Assembly: GCA_045647355.1 (NCBI GenBank)
Contig: JAZRMF010000005.1
Coordinates: 165,763-229,762, forward strand
Direction: 5' to 3'
Origin: Candidatus Enterousia sp.
GTDB lineage: Bacteria > Pseudomonadota > Alphaproteobacteria > Rs-D84
Length of the DNA: 64,000 nt
Part shown: piece by piece, positions 60,492 to 64,000 of the stretch
Numbering within the stretch: the first letter of the stretch is position 1
Layout: every line of letters starts with the position of its first letter
The notes under the pieces: model-generated
The model's database searches: none
What the model saw: the letters and a program-made list of their open reading frames with translations, nothing else
What the model was told of the DNA's origin: nothing
Translations under genes and position numbers: made by a program

Positions 60492-61892
60492 CTATTTGCC
60501 GGTATTATAATACCGGTACACTTCATTCATAACAAAGTTAAATAACCGAACAGACAGACTGTCACCCGACACGTTTGCACCACTGCGTGCACGTGGCATA
60601 GCCGCACACAAAATGAAACGAGCCATAAAACGGAATATCGCGATTTCCTGAGTCTTGTCCAATTTTGACGAAGAATGCGTAATATGAAAGATTTCGTTTT
60701 TGACCGCCGCATCTAATTTCATAAATATGTTTTCAAGCATATTCTTGGGATAATGCAATTTACATTCACGTGGAAATCCTTCGAACAATGAAACATCGCC
60801 ATCACGGCTGTATAAAATATTCCATCCAACACGATCAAACAAGTCGTCCAAACAACGGCAAATAACCCTGTTATACTGTACAATACCATTTTCCATTAAT
60901 TCTGCGGCATTTTGTTCTATTTGTGCATCCTTGGCATCGGGACGTTCACGCAATGTTGCATAGTATTCGTGTGTTTGTCGTTCAAATTCAAAGAATGTAC
61001 GAACCTGACATATAATTTCCATTGGCACAACGTTATCAGGGGTTCCAATATTCACGATTATTTTTGAATCACGATAGTTGCGCGGATTATCTATATCATA
61101 AAATTTATCGCGCACGGAAATTACACGCTGGGGCATGACATCGTGCAGTCGTTCAATAAATGTACGTGCCTGGGGAATTAAATCGAACAGGCATTTTACG
61201 CGCCACACATCATTAAGGTAAAGATATGGTTTCTTAATCTCGTCCAATTCGCGCACAAGTTTCACAACCAACCCGTCATCACTGGGACCCAATATAGATA
61301 AAACTTCTTCGGCAGCATCGGTCACATACTTTTCAGAAAAACGCGTATGAATTTTATTTATGACATCTTGGACTTCGCCATCCTTGCCCAATTCTGAAAA
61401 CACCCGCGTAACAACGGCGACAACATCTTGGGTAAAGAAACGATAATATTTGCCGGTGACTTTATCCAATGCACGTTCAACATTTTTCTGGGCACCAACA
61501 ATAACCGTCACAATAGACGACACCGACAAATCAATTTTATGCGCCGCCCCAGATGTAAAAAACTGATTTCTCATTGGGTCGGCATCCAAACGATGATTCA
61601 CCAAATATGACGAAAGCGGATTGATATCAATAATCTTGATTGGTTTATTTATCGACAAATCTGTTTCAGGATTATATTCTGTAACCGCTGTTTTTGGTGC
61701 CCCAAAACATTTACCCAAAATATGAAAGACCTCGCGATAACAAGACATGCCATCGGCATACAGCCGTTTTAAATATTGCGCTGTTTCATCATTGATGCGC
61801 CCTTGGGCCAAGGTCTTATCAATATACGCAAGATTATGCCTATCGTGATCGGCCGTTAAAATATCAACATCTAATACTTTAACACTTGGCAT
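60492..61892 (-). CDS. Hypothetical 466-aa protein with a RelA/SpoT-synthetase-like nucleotidyltransferase signature; 22 nt downstream of lysS
   Basis: NDVWRVKCLF (vs GRVK), NYRDSKIIVN (vs GYRSxHLVV), EIICQVRTFFEFERQTHEYY (vs EIQIRTxxMxxWAExEHxxxYK). Confidence 0.35.
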   Translation of the reverse strand: MPSVKVLDVDILTADHDRHNLAYIDKTLAQGRINDETAQYLKRLYADGMSCYREVFHILGKCFGAPKTAVTEYNPETDLSINKPIKIIDINPLSSYLVNHRLDADPMRNQFFTSGAAHKIDLSVSSIVTVIVGAQKNVERALDKVTGKYYRFFTQDVVAVVTRVFSELGKDGEVQDVINKIHTRFSEKYVTDAAEEVLSILGPSDDGLVVKLVRELDEIKKPYLYLNDVWRVKCLFDLIPQARTFIERLHDVMPQRVISVRDKFYDIDNPRNYRDSKIIVNIGTPDNVVPMEIICQVRTFFEFERQTHEYYATLRERPDAKDAQIEQNAAELMENGIVQYNRVICRCLDDLFDRVGWNILYSRDGDVSLFEGFPRECKLHYPKNMLENIFMKLDAAVKNEIFHITHSSSKLDKTQEIAIFRFMARFILCAAMPRARSGANVSGDSLSVRLFNFVMNEVYRYYNTGK

Positions 61893-61914
61893 ATCTGTTT
61901 CTTCCTTTTTGGGT

Positions 61915-63384
61915 TTATTTCATCATTGGGAACAAGATAACATCACGTAATGTTGGTTGATCAAATATGATGTTCGCCAATCTGTCCACACCTAATCCAA
62001 CGCCAGAAATCGGTGGGAACCCATGCTCCATTGCACGAACAAAATCGTTATCTGGGTTAAAGGCTTCTTCGTCACCGTTTTCGATATTCTTGGCTTGTTC
62101 TTCAAATGCAGCCAATTGTTGAATTGGGTTCACCAATTCGGAATACCCTTTGCACAATTCGGCACCGCATACCAATAATTGATACATATCCAAGCAACGA
62201 TCGTCTGCATCACTGTGACGTGCCAATGGTACCATATATGTTGGATAATTGTACAGGAACGTTGGCTTAATGATGCTGTCACGAATCTTGCGCTTGTACA
62301 CCCAATCGACCAATGTTGGAATTGATTTCAAATCTTCCAAATCTTCGACCGGGAACATACCCTTGTCCACCAGGTGCTTTTTCAATGCATCAACATCATC
62401 GAAATCTAAAATGCTGCAACCGAACAGTTCATTCATCTTGGCGGTATAATCCATCATTTCATGTTGACTGAAATCCAATTCAGTTCCTTGGTATGATATT
62501 TTCAATGTGCCACGCATACTCTGAATCAAATGCTGTATCAATTTCCATGTAAATTCGATATTCTTTTTATAATCCCAATATGCCGCATACCATTCGACCA
62601 TTGTGAATTCTTGCAAGTGCATTGCATCCATACCTTCATTACGGAAATCTTTTGCGACTTCGAATACGCGGTCAAATCCAGCACCAATTGCCATCTTTAA
62701 GAATAATTCAGGGGAAATACGTAATTGGAAATCTGTTCCCAACGCATTGTGATGTGTTGTAAAAGGCTTCGCCGCCGCACCTGATGCAACATTCTGCAAA
62801 ACTGGTGTTTCGATTTCCAAGAACCCATTATCGACCATAAATTTGCGCCATTCTTGGGTCATTTTGAAACGCCCCAGCAACGCCGCACGCGATTCAGGAT
62901 TAGAAATAACATCCAAATAACGTTGGCGATAGCGGGCCTCGGTATCTGTTAAGCCGTGGAACTTTTCCGGCAATGGACGCAATGCCTTGGCCAATATGTC
63001 ATAGTGCGAAACACGCACAGTTAATTCGCCCGCGGTTGTGTGATACAATTCACCAGTAACACCGATAAAGTCGCCCATATCGACATTGGCCTTCATAAAC
63101 TTGTAATCTTCTTCGCCGATTTCTTCACGTGACATAGAAAATTGGATTTCGCCTTCGATATCATACAGACGTCCAAACATCAATTTACCCAACCAACGCA
63201 ATGCCGTAATACGACCACAAAGGCGCACTGGTGTACCATCGGCCAATTCACGTGCCGCGGCAATCGTATGAGTACGTTCAAATTTATCTTTCCACACAAC
63301 CCCGTCGCGTGCACGGATATTTTCCGCCTTTTGCAGACGTGCCGTTAATTCGTTCGTGGACATAGATGTTGTGTTTTCTGACAT
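61915..63384 (-). CDS. lysS: Lysyl-tRNA synthetase, class II
   Basis: N-terminal OB anticodon-binding domain, class II motifs (…FRNEG…, …GGGIGIDRL-like GVGLGVDRL). 489 aa. Confidence 0.85.
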   Translation of the reverse strand: MSENTTSMSTNELTARLQKAENIRARDGVVWKDKFERTHTIAAARELADGTPVRLCGRITALRWLGKLMFGRLYDIEGEIQFSMSREEIGEEDYKFMKANVDMGDFIGVTGELYHTTAGELTVRVSHYDILAKALRPLPEKFHGLTDTEARYRQRYLDVISNPESRAALLGRFKMTQEWRKFMVDNGFLEIETPVLQNVASGAAAKPFTTHHNALGTDFQLRISPELFLKMAIGAGFDRVFEVAKDFRNEGMDAMHLQEFTMVEWYAAYWDYKKNIEFTWKLIQHLIQSMRGTLKISYQGTELDFSQHEMMDYTAKMNELFGCSILDFDDVDALKKHLVDKGMFPVEDLEDLKSIPTLVDWVYKRKIRDSIIKPTFLYNYPTYMVPLARHSDADDRCLDMYQLLVCGAELCKGYSELVNPIQQLAAFEEQAKNIENGDEEAFNPDNDFVRAMEHGFPPISGVGLGVDRLANIIFDQPTLRDVILFPMMK

Positions 63385-63633
63385 ACGTTTTTCCTTTTAG
63401 TTTAAAAAAACGGGGCACCACAAAGGTGCGCCCGTGAATTGTTTCATGGTCGCACCATCACGATAAAGATTTCTTGCCGTTTTGACGCATTTTATTTCCC
63501 GATGCTCTTCGCACCACGGCGGTATTATGCAGGTTTTTATATCAAATGTCAAAATAATTATTTAAAAAATCACCAATTTTATTTGATTATACATTTTTCC
63601 CAGGTATAATACACCAACATCAAAGGTTAATAG

Positions 63634-64000
63634 ATGACAACACGTATTGCACTTGATTTAGATAATACTATTTTCGACACCACCAGTGTGTATCGACCCC
63701 TGATTGAATCGTGTAATTGCGAATACAGACCACTGCGGTCATATAATCCGTATGAAACAGGTTATCCAATAGAGGTTGTGCACGTATTAGAAAATCTGTT
63801 TTATTCTGATGAATTGTGTAATGCAGGGGTCTTTGATGCGCGTATTCCGACGATATTGAATTCGTTGACCGAAAATCCACACTACGAACTATTCTATATC
63901 ACGGAACGTCCCATGGCGCAACACATGCCGTCATATAACCAATTAAAGCGCGCCGGAATCGTATTTCAAGATTCGCACCTTATTCACAGCAAACCAAAGT
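63634..64000 (+). CDS. Partial HAD-superfamily hydrolase (N-terminal DxDxT motif IALDLDNTIF); 3' end outside window
   Basis: Manual translation from ATG at 63634 is open to the window end. Confidence 0.45.
   Translation, partial: MTTRIALDLDNTIFDTTSVYRPLIESCNCEYRPLRSYNPYETGYPIEVVHVLENLFYSDELCNAGVFDARIPTILNSLTENPHYELFYITERPMAQHMPSYNQLKRAGIVFQDSHLIHSKPK

Overview
The window is low-GC (~40%) bacterial chromosome. IHF and HU are both present, which suggests Proteobacteria. The many large signal-peptide and orphan proteins suggest a host-associated or intracellular lifestyle; this is inference, not a database result. The backbone is housekeeping genes: tyrS, trpS, an accD-accA fusion, rph, an M48 protease, recG, mscL, aroK, rpsU, a class A PBP, ligA, fabI, a short alaS, ackA, an MsbA-like ABC exporter, RNase J, lemA, csp and lysS, plus tRNA-His, tRNA-Ala and tRNA-Lys. 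Several accessory features stand out.

- **9.06-kb insertion in tRNA-Ser(GCU), 10287-19347.** It splits a + strand tRNA-Ser(GCU) gene in the anticodon loop and is flanked by a 14-bp direct repeat, GATTGCTAATCCGT. It carries a tyrosine integrase, an AlpA-like excisionase, a primase-associated P-loop protein and its own intact, sequence-divergent tRNA-Ser(GCU) on the opposite strand. It also carries a 1216-aa DEAH-helicase/N6-adenine methyltransferase fusion whose AdoMet-binding half sits in the next, frame-shifted ORF; this is the best candidate in the window for an undescribed restriction-modification-like or anti-restriction module.
- **Miniature tRNA-associated element.** A conserved ~105-nt element followed by a duplicate of the 3' end of the adjacent tRNA occurs downstream of both tRNA-His and tRNA-Lys. 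A third tRNA-His 3'-end copy follows a small lipoprotein gene, consistent with tandem accretion of very small integrative elements.
- **Paralogous giant secreted proteins.** Two adjacent genes (one with a trypsin-like protease domain, one Cys-rich with CarboxypepD_reg-like repeats) share a ~200-aa module and a ~520-bp near-identical DNA direct repeat.
- **RelA/SpoT-synthetase-like protein.** A 466-aa protein with RelA/SpoT-synthetase-like motifs sits immediately downstream of lysS.
- **Start of window.** A partial minus-strand gene at 1..1640 encodes a PKD plus BspA-like-repeat surface protein. The ORF track missed it because the ORF runs off the window edge.

No CRISPR arrays or rRNA genes were seen. 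All calls rest on motif reading by eye; no searches were run.
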